From a virus, in the IMG/VR virus record IMGVR_UViG_3300040959_000809: DNA of 64,000 nt; one strand, 5' to 3'. Positions 42,619 to 52,664 of this stretch are shown here, piece after piece. The translations under genes and the position numbers were made by a program. The notes beneath the pieces were generated by a model. The model searched no databases. It saw only the letters and a list, made by a program, of their open reading frames with translations, and was not told where the DNA came from. Positions within the stretch are counted from its first letter, which is position 1. Every line of letters starts with the position of its first letter.

Positions 42619-44622
42619 TTATGTCAACTGACCGACGATCTCATCAAATTCCACACCACTTCTAGTAGCGACGAATGTCAATTCAATGACATTGATGGAC
42701 CTAGCAGGTTTGATAAAGATATTAGCCCGGAACTTATTTTGATCAATTACTGTAGGTGTATTTATTGATTCATCAGAAACAATTCTGAAGTCAATGATAC
42801 CTCTACGACCCTGAATATCACGAAGGAATGGATCCACCGCATTTTTAAACTGGGTTTGTGTAAATTCATCATTCAGTTCAAACAAGAACGACTGTGCTGC
42901 AGTAGCAATAGCTTTTTCAACTGCAATAAACAGTCTGCGAACATTGAGTCGATCGAATGCACTGTTTGCACCAAGACCTGTTTTATCACCAAATAGAACA
43001 ATACCTTGTCCGACTTGTGATATCACTGGGTTGACATCCTTTGCATAAAGCTGATCACGTTGAGCCTTATCTGGGTTAAATGCAAGTTTAACAACATTTT
43101 TGATAACACCCTTACGGAAACCAGCAGGTGATTCCCATGATTCAACACGTGACGAAAGTCCTGCAGTATCACCATTCAGTGGTACCCAGCGATATACATC
43201 GTTGTATTTGTCGTAGCGATACTTATAGCCACTATCCATAAACATATATGAAGAGCTTTGCAACTTGTTACGGTATGCAATAACAGCCGTCATTTTAGAG
43301 TTTGTGGTTGTACTATCAACTGATGCCTCCTTGGATGGTGAAATATACGCAACACAATCCTTACGATAATCAGCAATATTTGAGATAATGTAGTTTGCAA
43401 AGTTACCAGCATTATCGCCTTTACCTTGTAGGACAAAGGAAACATCTAGTTCATTTGCATTTTTAAATGTATCCCATGCCGCACCCATTGCACTTAATGT
43501 GACTGTACTTTCAGTTTTACCAGCAACAGCACCTGAGAATGATTCATATTCAGATGTTTTTGCTTCGAAGTGGACAGTATTTGATACCTTAATCCAGGAG
43601 GATTGATTTTCGATTACTGTGTGATAATAGTTATCTGTTCCGTCGCCTAATTGAGCACCGGCAGTTGTTGAAAGGTTATTATAAACCTCCAAAACGGTGC
43701 CAGCAGCGCCAGAAATTCCACCATCAGAATCAACAACTGCTATATGATAGGCTGAAGCATCTGCGGCTTTACCAAATAGATTACTATACTTCCATTTTCT
43801 GGTGATATTAATTTTTCCAGGTAATGATTCTGCAATGGTATATCTGCCAGTAAAATCAAAATCATATTCGAATGCAGTCGCAGCAGCGGTATTTGATTGA
43901 TCAACCAATGCCACACCATTTCCATCTAGTAGTGTCTCGGAATAACCAGAAACTTCCAATTCTTGGTAACCAGCAGAATCAGAACCAATTACGACTACAT
44001 CATTAACAGCTACAGAACCTGGAGCAATACGATTTGCCGCAAGTACCTGAATTTGAATTGATGTACTGTTAAACTTCAATTCTGGTTGAGTATTAGCACT
44101 GTCTGCCAGATCCACCGCCAGGGCTTCACCAGTTGTAATAAGTGTAGCCTCAAAATCTGAGCCTTTGGCGTATGCAACTTCAATCGAGTTACCCATTTCG
44201 CCTTTATATTTTGCTTCGAATGCACCAAATGTGGTATTGGCGGCATCTAATGTACCAATTGAACCTGGGGTGGTACCTTCTACGTATCCGGGTGCTGCTG
44301 TATTTGCATAAGCAGTTTCAGCAGTAAAAAATACATCATCCCTACTATCTGCAACCGTGGCACCATTATCGGCACGGGTTACAAAAATTGGATTGGCGTA
44401 TGCTAGAAAATCAGCTGCAGTAAAGAACGTTTCGAAATTACTATCATCGGGTGTTCCAAATCTACTAACAAGATTATCCTCTGACGTAATAAGAATAGGT
44501 TCGTTAACTGGACCCCATCTGAAAACCCCAGCTATTGCGCCGGGTGGTGTTGCGATGGCCGGTACTGTTGCCGATGCGTCCACCTCTCGAACAATAACGG
44601 AAGGACTTACGGTAAAAGCCAT
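42619..44622 (-). CDS. gp18: Tail sheath protein
   Basis: SPSVIVREVD, FRWGP, WESPAGF, FGDKT, AFDRLNVRRLF, IKPARSIN. Confidence 0.98.
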   Translation of the reverse strand: MAFTVSPSVIVREVDASATVPAIATPPGAIAGVFRWGPVNEPILITSEDNLVSRFGTPDDSNFETFFTAADFLAYANPIFVTRADNGATVADSRDDVFFTAETAYANTAAPGYVEGTTPGSIGTLDAANTTFGAFEAKYKGEMGNSIEVAYAKGSDFEATLITTGEALAVDLADSANTQPELKFNSTSIQIQVLAANRIAPGSVAVNDVVVIGSDSAGYQELEVSGYSETLLDGNGVALVDQSNTAAATAFEYDFDFTGRYTIAESLPGKINITRKWKYSNLFGKAADASAYHIAVVDSDGGISGAAGTVLEVYNNLSTTAGAQLGDGTDNYYHTVIENQSSWIKVSNTVHFEAKTSEYESFSGAVAGKTESTVTLSAMGAAWDTFKNANELDVSFVLQGKGDNAGNFANYIISNIADYRKDCVAYISPSKEASVDSTTTNSKMTAVIAYRNKLQSSSYMFMDSGYKYRYDKYNDVYRWVPLNGDTAGLSSRVESWESPAGFRKGVIKNVVKLAFNPDKAQRDQLYAKDVNPVISQVGQGIVLFGDKTGLGANSAFDRLNVRRLFIAVEKAIATAAQSFLFELNDEFTQTQFKNAVDPFLRDIQGRRGIIDFRIVSDESINTPTVIDQNKFRANIFIKPARSINVIELTFVATRSGVEFDEIVGQLT

Positions 44623-44682
44623 ATCTTTCTCCTTTATAAAATTATTTTAGAAACGGTTTTTTAAATTTCATGTCACTATGTT

Positions 44683-44690
44683 TATTTATA
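44683..44690 (-). promoter_or_regulatory. Late promoter for gp18
   Basis: TATAAATA on - strand. Confidence 0.8.
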
Positions 44691-44701
44691 AAAATATTGT
44701 T

Positions 44702-46312
44702 TTAATAAGTCCAGTCCCTTTCAACCGCTACGAATCCTTCGCTATCACCGTTTTCGTCGCCGATATCTATAAATCCGAAAGGTAGAAGATCTTCTTCTAT
44801 TTGCTCTTCAGTTTTTTCTCTTAGTGCCATCATCGTATTTATATCAGTCATATCTTTAAAATATCCCTGATCAGTAAGCCAAGCAAAAATGACTAAATTC
44901 ATAACCAAATCATCATGTGAACCCGATTCTGCTTCGTATGAGTTACCCTTTTTGGAAAAACGTGATAATTCCTGGATAGTATTAAAATCACAAACCAATA
45001 ACTGATTTTGCTCAATTAACATTTTTAATATAGAACAACCTATTGATTTTACATTCTTGGTAGTTCTGATCCCACTATCAACTGCTTTTCCGAAGCCACT
45101 AGATATTCTTTTACCACTACGCCCTGCGTTTTCGGTATAGAGAACATTTTCGTAACCATAATCCATTAATAAAACATCAGCAACCTGTTCACCAATATCG
45201 TTGATTTCCACCAATACAGCTGCTTCGTTATAAAAATTGCCTATTCTATATATAACACTTGCAAAATCAACCGGTGTTATAAGGTTATCCCTAAATGTAC
45301 AAACCTGTTTATAGGGCATTTTTGTAATATCAATTACACTAAATGTTGAATAGTCAAGTCCTTTGCCTCGAGATACATCACATGTCATTGCATATACGTG
45401 ATCTTCAATTGGTTTTTCATACTGATAGATGTTATCTCTTTCTAATACTGGTCGTTCATACACTAGTTCCTTTAATTTGGAACCATCAATAAGTGTTCCT
45501 GAACTACCTAAAAATGCACATTGGTATTCTTGTGCAAACTTTTGTTCGTCATAATCAAGTGCTGCCAGTGTTTCATTTTTCCAATTATCATCCCTGCCGG
45601 GAACATCGTTCCACATAACCTTTACAAATTCATAACCATTGGTTTGCTCTTCAGCACCCTTACACGTCTTATAAAAATGATTTAAGCCATTGGGGGTGGA
45701 TGTCATTAGAAGTTTGGTGGTTTCACCAGATGAAATAGTAGGATAAACAGATGCAAAAAACTCATCGTAGCCTTCAATAAAAGCAACCTCGTCCAGATAT
45801 AGAAATGAAATTGATTTACCACGAATGGCACTTGAAGAAGTAGTACCAGCATAGATTTTACAACCATTTTCAAGAGTGATGTTACCCTTGTTCCACTCTT
45901 CTACTCCTTGCTGAATCCATTTTGGAAGTGCTTCATATGCCAATTGAACTCTACTGAGTACTTCCCTTGCAGAATCGCCTTTATTTGCAAGGATAGCGAC
46001 CGTCTTAAATTCGTTAAAGAGTATGTAATGTAGAATTACGGCCACGGCAGTGGTTGTCTTACCAGACTGCCTAGCTGTAAGTACTGCGACTCGACGGTTG
46101 TTTGTGATCTTTGTGGTGATTTCCTTTTGGTAATCATACATATCCATTGGAATCAATCCACGGTCAACATGTACAATTTTAATATAATTTTCTGCAAAGT
46201 AAACTGGATTCTGGGCACACTTCATATACTCCTTAATAAGATCCGGTGTGAATTCAATTTCTTCACCAATCTTTTTAAGGTTAGCATTGCCTAGATATCC
46301 AACGGAAAGCAT
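44702..46312 (-). CDS. gp17: Terminase large subunit
   Basis: YLGNANLK, RQSGKTT, LYLDEVAF, STPNG, DVSRGKGLDYS, HDDLVM. Confidence 0.98.
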   Translation of the reverse strand: MLSVGYLGNANLKKIGEEIEFTPDLIKEYMKCAQNPVYFAENYIKIVHVDRGLIPMDMYDYQKEITTKITNNRRVAVLTARQSGKTTTAVAVILHYILFNEFKTVAILANKGDSAREVLSRVQLAYEALPKWIQQGVEEWNKGNITLENGCKIYAGTTSSSAIRGKSISFLYLDEVAFIEGYDEFFASVYPTISSGETTKLLMTSTPNGLNHFYKTCKGAEEQTNGYEFVKVMWNDVPGRDDNWKNETLAALDYDEQKFAQEYQCAFLGSSGTLIDGSKLKELVYERPVLERDNIYQYEKPIEDHVYAMTCDVSRGKGLDYSTFSVIDITKMPYKQVCTFRDNLITPVDFASVIYRIGNFYNEAAVLVEINDIGEQVADVLLMDYGYENVLYTENAGRSGKRISSGFGKAVDSGIRTTKNVKSIGCSILKMLIEQNQLLVCDFNTIQELSRFSKKGNSYEAESGSHDDLVMNLVIFAWLTDQGYFKDMTDINTMMALREKTEEQIEEDLLPFGFIDIGDENGDSEGFVAVERDWTY

Positions 46313-46788
46313 TATTCCTCGCCCTCACCTTTGATCATTTTTAAAAGATCTGCTGTCGACACAATCAAGTTGTTGTTGGTGACATTTGATTCTGCCTTAG
46401 GACCCGTGTCATCAACAGCGTATTTCTTTTTGGTTGATAGATCGACAAAATCTTTGTTTGCATCCAGCAGAGTTTTCATCAGAGTTGACACCACTTCAAA
46501 CGCCCGTGGTGACTCGGATTGCTTTGCAATTTCAACCATTTCCTTTACTGCATCATCACCCATCTCAATAATATTTTGGACATTCTGTCTTGCCAGTTCA
46601 ATATCGTTGATGTTTTGATCATTTGTTTCTTGAACAGCAGGTAAAGTCTCTTCAAATTTTTCTATATTTGCAGGGGTTGGTTCGTCTATTACCTGAGTAA
46701 CTTCCTTAATTTCTTCGGAAGAATCCTGAAGTTCCGCAAGAGGAACGATACCAAGGGCTTCTGCAATCTTATCTTCACTCATCCTCAT
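46312..46788 (-). CDS. gp16: Terminase small subunit
   Basis: SESPRAFEV...LLDAN, NVTNNNLIVSTADL; abuts gp17. Confidence 0.88.
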   Translation of the reverse strand: MRMSEDKIAEALGIVPLAELQDSSEEIKEVTQVIDEPTPANIEKFEETLPAVQETNDQNINDIELARQNVQNIIEMGDDAVKEMVEIAKQSESPRAFEVVSTLMKTLLDANKDFVDLSTKKKYAVDDTGPKAESNVTNNNLIVSTADLLKMIKGEGEE

Positions 46789-46918
46789 TGCCCTTTATCA
46801 ATTTTTTAGCAGTAATACAAGATCCAAAAGGTCGAGCATAGACTGTCTTGCCCTTATCAGGACTTTCATAAATCATTGGTTCGTTATTTTCTTTTTTATC
46901 TTTTTCAACTTTATTCAT
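46775..46918 (-). CDS. 47-aa hypothetical protein
   Basis: IYESPDKGKTVYAR motif; start set at MNKVEK. Confidence 0.55.
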   Translation of the reverse strand: MNKVEKDKKENNEPMIYESPDKGKTVYARPFGSCITAKKLIKGNEDE

Positions 46919-46922
46919 GTTT

Positions 46923-47354
46923 TTAATCCTCAGAAGGTGGCTTAGTGCCCCATTTACGCTCATATGTATCATCTGTCGCATATGAATCTGCCCATTTATT
47001 TTCTGTAAATCTGGCAAACTCAATTAGCATTTCAATATCATTATCAATCTCATAAAGCCAATCATATATTTTTTCAAAGTCTTCCTGAACTAACGAATTA
47101 TTGTGCTTAATTCTGGTATCATTATTTTCAATGTGCTTATTTAATGATTTTGTAAGAAAATTTAAATCCTGTCTGAGATCTTTTACATCACGTTCCTTAT
47201 TAATTTGGCGCTCGACCGCCATTTGTGATGTGAGACCGTCAACCTCAGCCTTTAAAGTTTCTATAGTTTGAGCCTGTTGTGCGGTCCACCAAACAAATGC
47301 ACTCACTTGCATTACGATTGCTACTACGACACCTATTCCAAATTTTGTATTCAT
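46923..47354 (-). CDS. Membrane-anchored coiled-coil protein
   Basis: N-terminal transmembrane helix GIGVVVAIVMQVSAFVWW then heptads. Confidence 0.65.
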   Translation of the reverse strand: MNTKFGIGVVVAIVMQVSAFVWWTAQQAQTIETLKAEVDGLTSQMAVERQINKERDVKDLRQDLNFLTKSLNKHIENNDTRIKHNNSLVQEDFEKIYDWLYEIDNDIEMLIEFARFTENKWADSYATDDTYERKWGTKPPSED

Positions 47355-47785
47355 TTTTTATCCTTTTCCCTGTCAGCAACTCTTTTACGCAGATCCGAGG
47401 AGGAGAAACGATGGTCACGTTTATTAAAATATAGCTGAATACCACGTGATTTACAAATATCCTTGCCTGTAAAATCCTGTTCTCTATATTCCTCTCCCAT
47501 AATCTTAACATCAATCTGATACATACTCAAGATATCCTCAAGATCATTTTCAGAACCATAAGGAATAATTTCATCGACATAGCTGACCGCTTTAAGTTGA
47601 GTGTAACGTTCTACGACTGTCTGTACTGGGGGATTCTTGTTAGGTCGGTCCATGCTTGGATCAAACTGTAAGCCACATATCAAATAATCACACTGTTCTT
47701 TTGCTTCTCTCAGCATCTGTACATGTCCTGCATGCAATAAATCAAAAGTACTTGCCGTAAACCCAATTTTCATTTTCATCCTCAT
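47351..47785 (-). CDS. Glycerol-3-phosphate cytidylyltransferase (TagD)-like nucleotidyltransferase
   Basis: FDLLHAGH, LICGLQ.DP, VDEIIPY, RDHRFSSS. Confidence 0.88.
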   Translation of the reverse strand: MRMKMKIGFTASTFDLLHAGHVQMLREAKEQCDYLICGLQFDPSMDRPNKNPPVQTVVERYTQLKAVSYVDEIIPYGSENDLEDILSMYQIDVKIMGEEYREQDFTGKDICKSRGIQLYFNKRDHRFSSSDLRKRVADREKDKK

Positions 47786-47820
47786 TTAATTACAAATTAC
47801 AAATATATTTAGACACTTAC

Positions 47821-47849
47821 ATTATATAACATTTTTTCTTAAAAGTCAA
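47821..47849 (-). promoter_or_regulatory. Early promoter driving the insert between gp15 and gp16
   Basis: Minus strand TTGACT-17 nt-TATAAT. Confidence 0.75.
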
Positions 47850-47872
47850 CAAAAACTTTTTTCATTTTTGTA

Positions 47873-47900
47873 TTGACATTATCTTAGTATGGTGTATAAT
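47873..47900 (+). promoter_or_regulatory. Plus-strand sigma70-type promoter antisense to gp15
   Basis: TTGACA-16 nt-TATAAT. Confidence 0.6.
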
Positions 47901-47924
47901 TAGACTATGGTCTATAAAATACAA

Positions 47925-48746
47925 TTAAATATTATTTGGATCATCTACAAATGATACCGTAGCCCAATTATCATCAAAGTCAATATCATTAAAATCAATC
48001 GTAAGGTCGGGATCAGTAGTAGGTTCATTATTAGCGGTCATGCCTGGTTGTAAAACAACAGCAGAATCAAATGTATTATTTGCATCAGAAGCAGGTACCG
48101 TAGAGGCAACATTTGTCTGAATAAACTTAATGACCTTTCTCTCTTTATTTGGTCCAAAATACCATGCCTTCATTGTGAAGTTAAGTGTCCACATGATGGC
48201 TCTTCTTTCCAAAAAATCACCTTCATATATTTCTTCATTTTGGATATCATTTAATACTAATGGAATATCCAATGGATCTAAATCTGGAATCAATTTAACA
48301 GTAGAGGTAAATTCTGGATTAAAAAATGGTATGATTTGCTCGACTATCTTTACTGCATCCTCTGCATATGATGCCATAATATTAAGAGAAAATTGAATAT
48401 TATATGGTGCTGGAACCCAAAAGTAATTTCTACTGCCCGTGGTTTCATTGGCTACTGTCTGCAAGACTCTTCTGGTTGGGGCAAGTTTTCTTTCGCCATC
48501 GTAGAACATTGCATTAATTTCAAAGGACATCCTCGGTAGAGTAATTGCCTGTGCTTTAAAATCTGGATCCTGGTTGAGTCTTGCAAGAATCTTTTGATGT
48601 GGTGCGTAAGAGATAGGCACAATCATTTCTTGTACGACAACACCTGCATTATCTTTTCTTTTAATTTTCAGCTGATTAAAATATGTTCCAAAAAGAGCAA
48701 CATATTTCCTTGTGAGCTGGTTATAAAAATGATTTGCTATTGCCAT
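47925..48746 (-). CDS. gp15: Tail sheath terminator
   Basis: HFYNQ..RKYVALFG..FN, VPISYAP..KILARL, LPRMSFE, EQIIPFFNP, WTLNFTMK. Confidence 0.95.
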   Translation of the reverse strand: MAIANHFYNQLTRKYVALFGTYFNQLKIKRKDNAGVVVQEMIVPISYAPHQKILARLNQDPDFKAQAITLPRMSFEINAMFYDGERKLAPTRRVLQTVANETTGSRNYFWVPAPYNIQFSLNIMASYAEDAVKIVEQIIPFFNPEFTSTVKLIPDLDPLDIPLVLNDIQNEEIYEGDFLERRAIMWTLNFTMKAWYFGPNKERKVIKFIQTNVASTVPASDANNTFDSAVVLQPGMTANNEPTTDPDLTIDFNDIDFDDNWATVSFVDDPNNI

Positions 48747-48747
48747 A

Positions 48748-49443
48748 TCATGAATCCTGTATGTCTAATGGTTCAACTTCGATTGTTTCACTAAACGGAT
48801 CCATTTCTGTAAAGTCAATAATCTTGTCAGCCTCTATTTCAAACTGCCAGTTATCAGCAAGAGGATCTGTCGCCTCTACCGCAGCCAATGTATTAACAGT
48901 ATTTGCAGTAAGATCTCTGTCAGCAAAATAAGTATCAATGTTTTCACGGCCAGTCTGGAATCTTTCTCCCGACCATTCTGCTAATTCACATTTAAGATCA
49001 TATATCTGTAAAGCACCCATCTGATAAAATATACTCTCATGCTCGACATGCATAATTTTAAAGAGTTTACCATTTAATGGGAAATAGAAATAATCACCTT
49101 CAAAAGGTCTAGTTCTAGCTGGTCTGTCTTTTGTGACAAATCTTTCATATGTTCTAAATGCTACACTAAAGGTAACCTGATCTCTGATTTGTAGTCCAAA
49201 CTTGGAGAGAAAATCACCTTCGCCTTCAAAACCATCCACATTTTTGACATAACCTTCGAACTCAAATGTTTCATCATAGATAGGCAAATCATCCTCATTC
49301 AGAATTTCATCGACAGCTCCACTAGAACGAGTGATGTAAATAAGATCCACACCATAAATTTGAATTGACTCAATAACTAAATCGTCAATTAAATTCTGTT
49401 CATTAAAGTTGTCATAATTCTGAAAATAAACATTTGTGGCCAT
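48748..49443 (-). CDS. gp14: Neck protein
   Basis: EQNLIDDLVIESIQIYG, LSKFGL, EGD..YFPL, FYQMG. Confidence 0.95.
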   Translation of the reverse strand: MATNVYFQNYDNFNEQNLIDDLVIESIQIYGVDLIYITRSSGAVDEILNEDDLPIYDETFEFEGYVKNVDGFEGEGDFLSKFGLQIRDQVTFSVAFRTYERFVTKDRPARTRPFEGDYFYFPLNGKLFKIMHVEHESIFYQMGALQIYDLKCELAEWSGERFQTGRENIDTYFADRDLTANTVNTLAAVEATDPLADNWQFEIEADKIIDFTEMDPFSETIEVEPLDIQDS

Positions 49444-49446
49444 GAT

Positions 49447-50190
49447 TTATCCAATAAAATTATATGTAAGAGGTTGGAGATTACCAATGGCATCCTCTTC
49501 CATCCTTTGACGTTCGTCTCTAGCTTCTTGTAATATTTGCTCACCGTTAAATGAAACACCACCTACAAGTTGCATATTACTAAATTTTGTAAGGTTTAAA
49601 CCCCATTGCTCTCTGACCAAAACCGCAGCATAGTTTTGTAACCAACGATCTGACCAAACATCCGAATATGTGCTAGGATCAATTACATCGTATGCCTCTA
49701 CGACAATATATTCGCCAACGATTAGATTTGATTTATCAGTATCAATGTGCAATCTATTTACATGCCGATTATATCTAATTAGCGGTCGCCCGACCAAAAT
49801 CTCTTGCATGAATTCAAGATTCTGCATTGTCATATAATAATGCTGAAGATTATAACTTGTAATATCTTGAATGTTAGTTAATACGAACTGATAGTTTACA
49901 TTAAAAATGCCAGAACCCGTAGAGATTGAGGACGATAAATCAAAAACTCTTGAAATACCTAGAATGTTTTTAGGCATTTCAATATAGCCATTCTCAACAT
50001 CAGCCTCAGTAAGTTCATGTTTTAAATAAACTAATTGGCTTCCATTATAATGATAGTCACGCCAAAAGGATACAGCCTCATCAATACGATCCTCTACTTG
50101 ATCCTCAGATACATTGATCTGAATTACAGGAGCACCGATCTTTCTAAGAATATATTCTGCAAATTCTTGTCTTGTATCAGGTTGTGACAT
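49447..50190 (-). CDS. gp13: Neck protein
   Basis: LRKIGAPVIQINVSEDQVEDRIDEA, WGLNLTKF...LVGGVSFNG. Confidence 0.95.
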   Translation of the reverse strand: MSQPDTRQEFAEYILRKIGAPVIQINVSEDQVEDRIDEAVSFWRDYHYNGSQLVYLKHELTEADVENGYIEMPKNILGISRVFDLSSSISTGSGIFNVNYQFVLTNIQDITSYNLQHYYMTMQNLEFMQEILVGRPLIRYNRHVNRLHIDTDKSNLIVGEYIVVEAYDVIDPSTYSDVWSDRWLQNYAAVLVREQWGLNLTKFSNMQLVGGVSFNGEQILQEARDERQRMEEDAIGNLQPLTYNFIG

Positions 50191-50219
50191 TTATTGTTAC
50201 CTTACTATAGTTTTATTTT

Positions 50220-50227
50220 TATTTATA
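50220..50227 (-). promoter_or_regulatory. Late promoter for gp13
   Basis: TATAAATA on - strand. Confidence 0.75.
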
Positions 50228-52654
50228 TTATTGACCGGACTCAGTTTGATGCCCGTAGTAACCAGTCGCAAGAATATTTGAGCCCCCAGAGTCACTAGCA
50301 ATTTCAACTTTAACAGAGCCACCAGCAAAGGTCCATGCCGGAACTCCCCATTTAGCATTTCTTGTAGATGACAATGCATGCCAAGTACCTAGTGTATCTG
50401 AATTTGCTGGCGTTGGACTATCACCAGCATTTGCTGTAAATCTAATATAATATGTCTGTGAAGGACCTGCGTTAACCCAAGAACCTTGTTGTGCGTCACC
50501 TGTACTATCACCAATTCTCCAAATTGTTCCGTCTGACCTAAACTCCCAGCCGATGATGATGGGAACCCCAGGTGTTAGTCCAAATGCATATATTGGGAAT
50601 GATGAAGTACCACTAAGGCTAACAGTCTCAGTAGGAACATTACCAGTGTTATCCCACGTAAAGCTATATCTACCGCCTGTGCCGAGATTATAATGAGTTA
50701 CCGGTGTGTCTGTTGTTTTTTGTCTCATGAAAAATCTCAACCATGCAGTCCCTGATGTGGAATCAGTTTTTTGCCAAAACCATTTGCGATCAGTTACCAC
50801 ACCATCTCCTGCCGGCAAATCCAAGTATGTATTTAATGAATCACTTCCAGATCCATTTGGTGTATCACCGGATGACAGTTGCATGTAAATTTGATATTGA
50901 GATCTTGTGCTAGCTGGGGCAGGCGGTCTACCACCGTTCCATTCTCCAATATAGTATTTTCCACCGGGGTATTGATTCCCAAGCCCGTATATTTTACCAT
51001 CTTGATTAAATTCAATACCTGGGTCTGCGGATGTATTATCAGTATCACTTATATTAATATTGGAAAGAATCTGTGCGTTTGGATAAACACCAACATTTCT
51101 ATTCTTTATCTGAACCATATCCTCGGGTTCTCTTATTCGATTATATACATTTCTTTCATAATCCAAGAATCCTCCTCCACTACCAAGCAATTGTGTAGAG
51201 TCTGGCCATCCATAAGTATCTCTAATAGATACCCATGCAAGAGGCTGACCGCCATAAGTTCCAAGAGCAAGCCGGTGGTTATACGAAAAGAGTCCAGATC
51301 CTATAAAGATCTGTGTATTCCATGACACAGATGAAGATGTAAAGTATTGACCTTGTGATGTACCATCAATATTAAAGAAACAAAGCACTCCATTTGAATT
51401 GCTTTTTGCATCAACTGATCCTACAAAAATTCGTGCATCTTCTACTTCAAGTAATGCACCAAATGCCTCTGCTGTCCCGGCAGTAAAGGAACTAAAATCT
51501 AGTGTTTTAAGCCATTTACCATTTAAATCGTGTATGTAAACATTACCTTGTGTAGTTGTATCATTATCATTATTAGCACTACTACCGGCATAGCCTGGAG
51601 CACTAATAAAAATTCTATCATACGCTATTCGAACTCTATAACCAAATTTATTATTATCTGCTTTATTTGCAATAATTTCTTCAATAGTGTTTATGAGTTG
51701 GCCATTTAAATCATAGACATATACTTTGCCACGGTGGCGTCCCGTATTTCCATCAGTCCAAGCATTGGCATTTACAGATGTATCTGACCAGTATGGATTT
51801 GCAACTACAATTCTACCACACCCAATTTCAGAACATTCACCGTATCCTGCATAGTCAGTAGGTGGTGCAACCCCTGGTGTAAGATCTGGGTCATACAATA
51901 CACCTGCTATTTGAGCATGCTCATTAAGTAATACCGTATTGTATTTGTGGTAGCCACCACCAGTAACTCCATTATTGCTGGCATCAGCTCTCATGGAAAC
52001 TAATCCATGTGCATATCCAGAATATTCCTGCGAAAGACCCCATATAGTCAGAATTGAAGTACTTCCAGTAATTCTGTCTGAAATCTCATCATCTGTAATT
52101 TCGGCATGTACATTTCCAAAATAATCAAGTAATTGTGCCGACCCTAGCGTCCCAAAGCCAGAGCTGGTCCAAATCATACCATTTGTGCCGCGCTTAAAGC
52201 TTCCGGTAGACAGACTATTAGCTAAATCTACTCCTCCAGTAGAGCTACCTGGCGAGGGTATCCCTGGGGCGAACAATACGTTAGCTGCAGCTGCACCGTT
52301 AGATGGTTGGCTGCTATAAGCATTGATAAAATTTAGACCAGGATATCCTGGTGAACCAGAAGTTAGTGTAGATTCAAAACTTGGAGGTGGTGATCTGAAA
52401 ATACCGTCATTATATTTAGCTATTAAGTGGCCAAATGCATTATCTTTTGACAGTTCAACACCCCAAGCGCCAAGCGTTGTAGTAGATCCGAACGCAAAAA
52501 GCCCACCAGATCCTTGTATTCCGCCACTGGTGGAAAATCCTAAGGGATTTGCCAGATCACCTCCTACAAAAGAACCTGCTGTGCCGAGACTTCCCATCTT
52601 ACCCATAAAAATACCTGGGTTGGATGTAGCTCCTTGGTATGATCTAAATGCCAT
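50228..52654 (-). CDS. Virion adhesin-like protein: FG-GAP-like propeller plus two C-terminal beta-domains
   Basis: GCGRIVV...GKVYVYDLNG, FGYRVRI...GNVYIHDLNG repeats; Gly/Ser/Thr-rich. Confidence 0.7.
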   Translation of the reverse strand: MAFRSYQGATSNPGIFMGKMGSLGTAGSFVGGDLANPLGFSTSGGIQGSGGLFAFGSTTTLGAWGVELSKDNAFGHLIAKYNDGIFRSPPPSFESTLTSGSPGYPGLNFINAYSSQPSNGAAAANVLFAPGIPSPGSSTGGVDLANSLSTGSFKRGTNGMIWTSSGFGTLGSAQLLDYFGNVHAEITDDEISDRITGSTSILTIWGLSQEYSGYAHGLVSMRADASNNGVTGGGYHKYNTVLLNEHAQIAGVLYDPDLTPGVAPPTDYAGYGECSEIGCGRIVVANPYWSDTSVNANAWTDGNTGRHRGKVYVYDLNGQLINTIEEIIANKADNNKFGYRVRIAYDRIFISAPGYAGSSANNDNDTTTQGNVYIHDLNGKWLKTLDFSSFTAGTAEAFGALLEVEDARIFVGSVDAKSNSNGVLCFFNIDGTSQGQYFTSSSVSWNTQIFIGSGLFSYNHRLALGTYGGQPLAWVSIRDTYGWPDSTQLLGSGGGFLDYERNVYNRIREPEDMVQIKNRNVGVYPNAQILSNINISDTDNTSADPGIEFNQDGKIYGLGNQYPGGKYYIGEWNGGRPPAPASTRSQYQIYMQLSSGDTPNGSGSDSLNTYLDLPAGDGVVTDRKWFWQKTDSTSGTAWLRFFMRQKTTDTPVTHYNLGTGGRYSFTWDNTGNVPTETVSLSGTSSFPIYAFGLTPGVPIIIGWEFRSDGTIWRIGDSTGDAQQGSWVNAGPSQTYYIRFTANAGDSPTPANSDTLGTWHALSSTRNAKWGVPAWTFAGGSVKVEIASDSGGSNILATGYYGHQTESGQ

Positions 52655-52664
52655 TTATAATACC

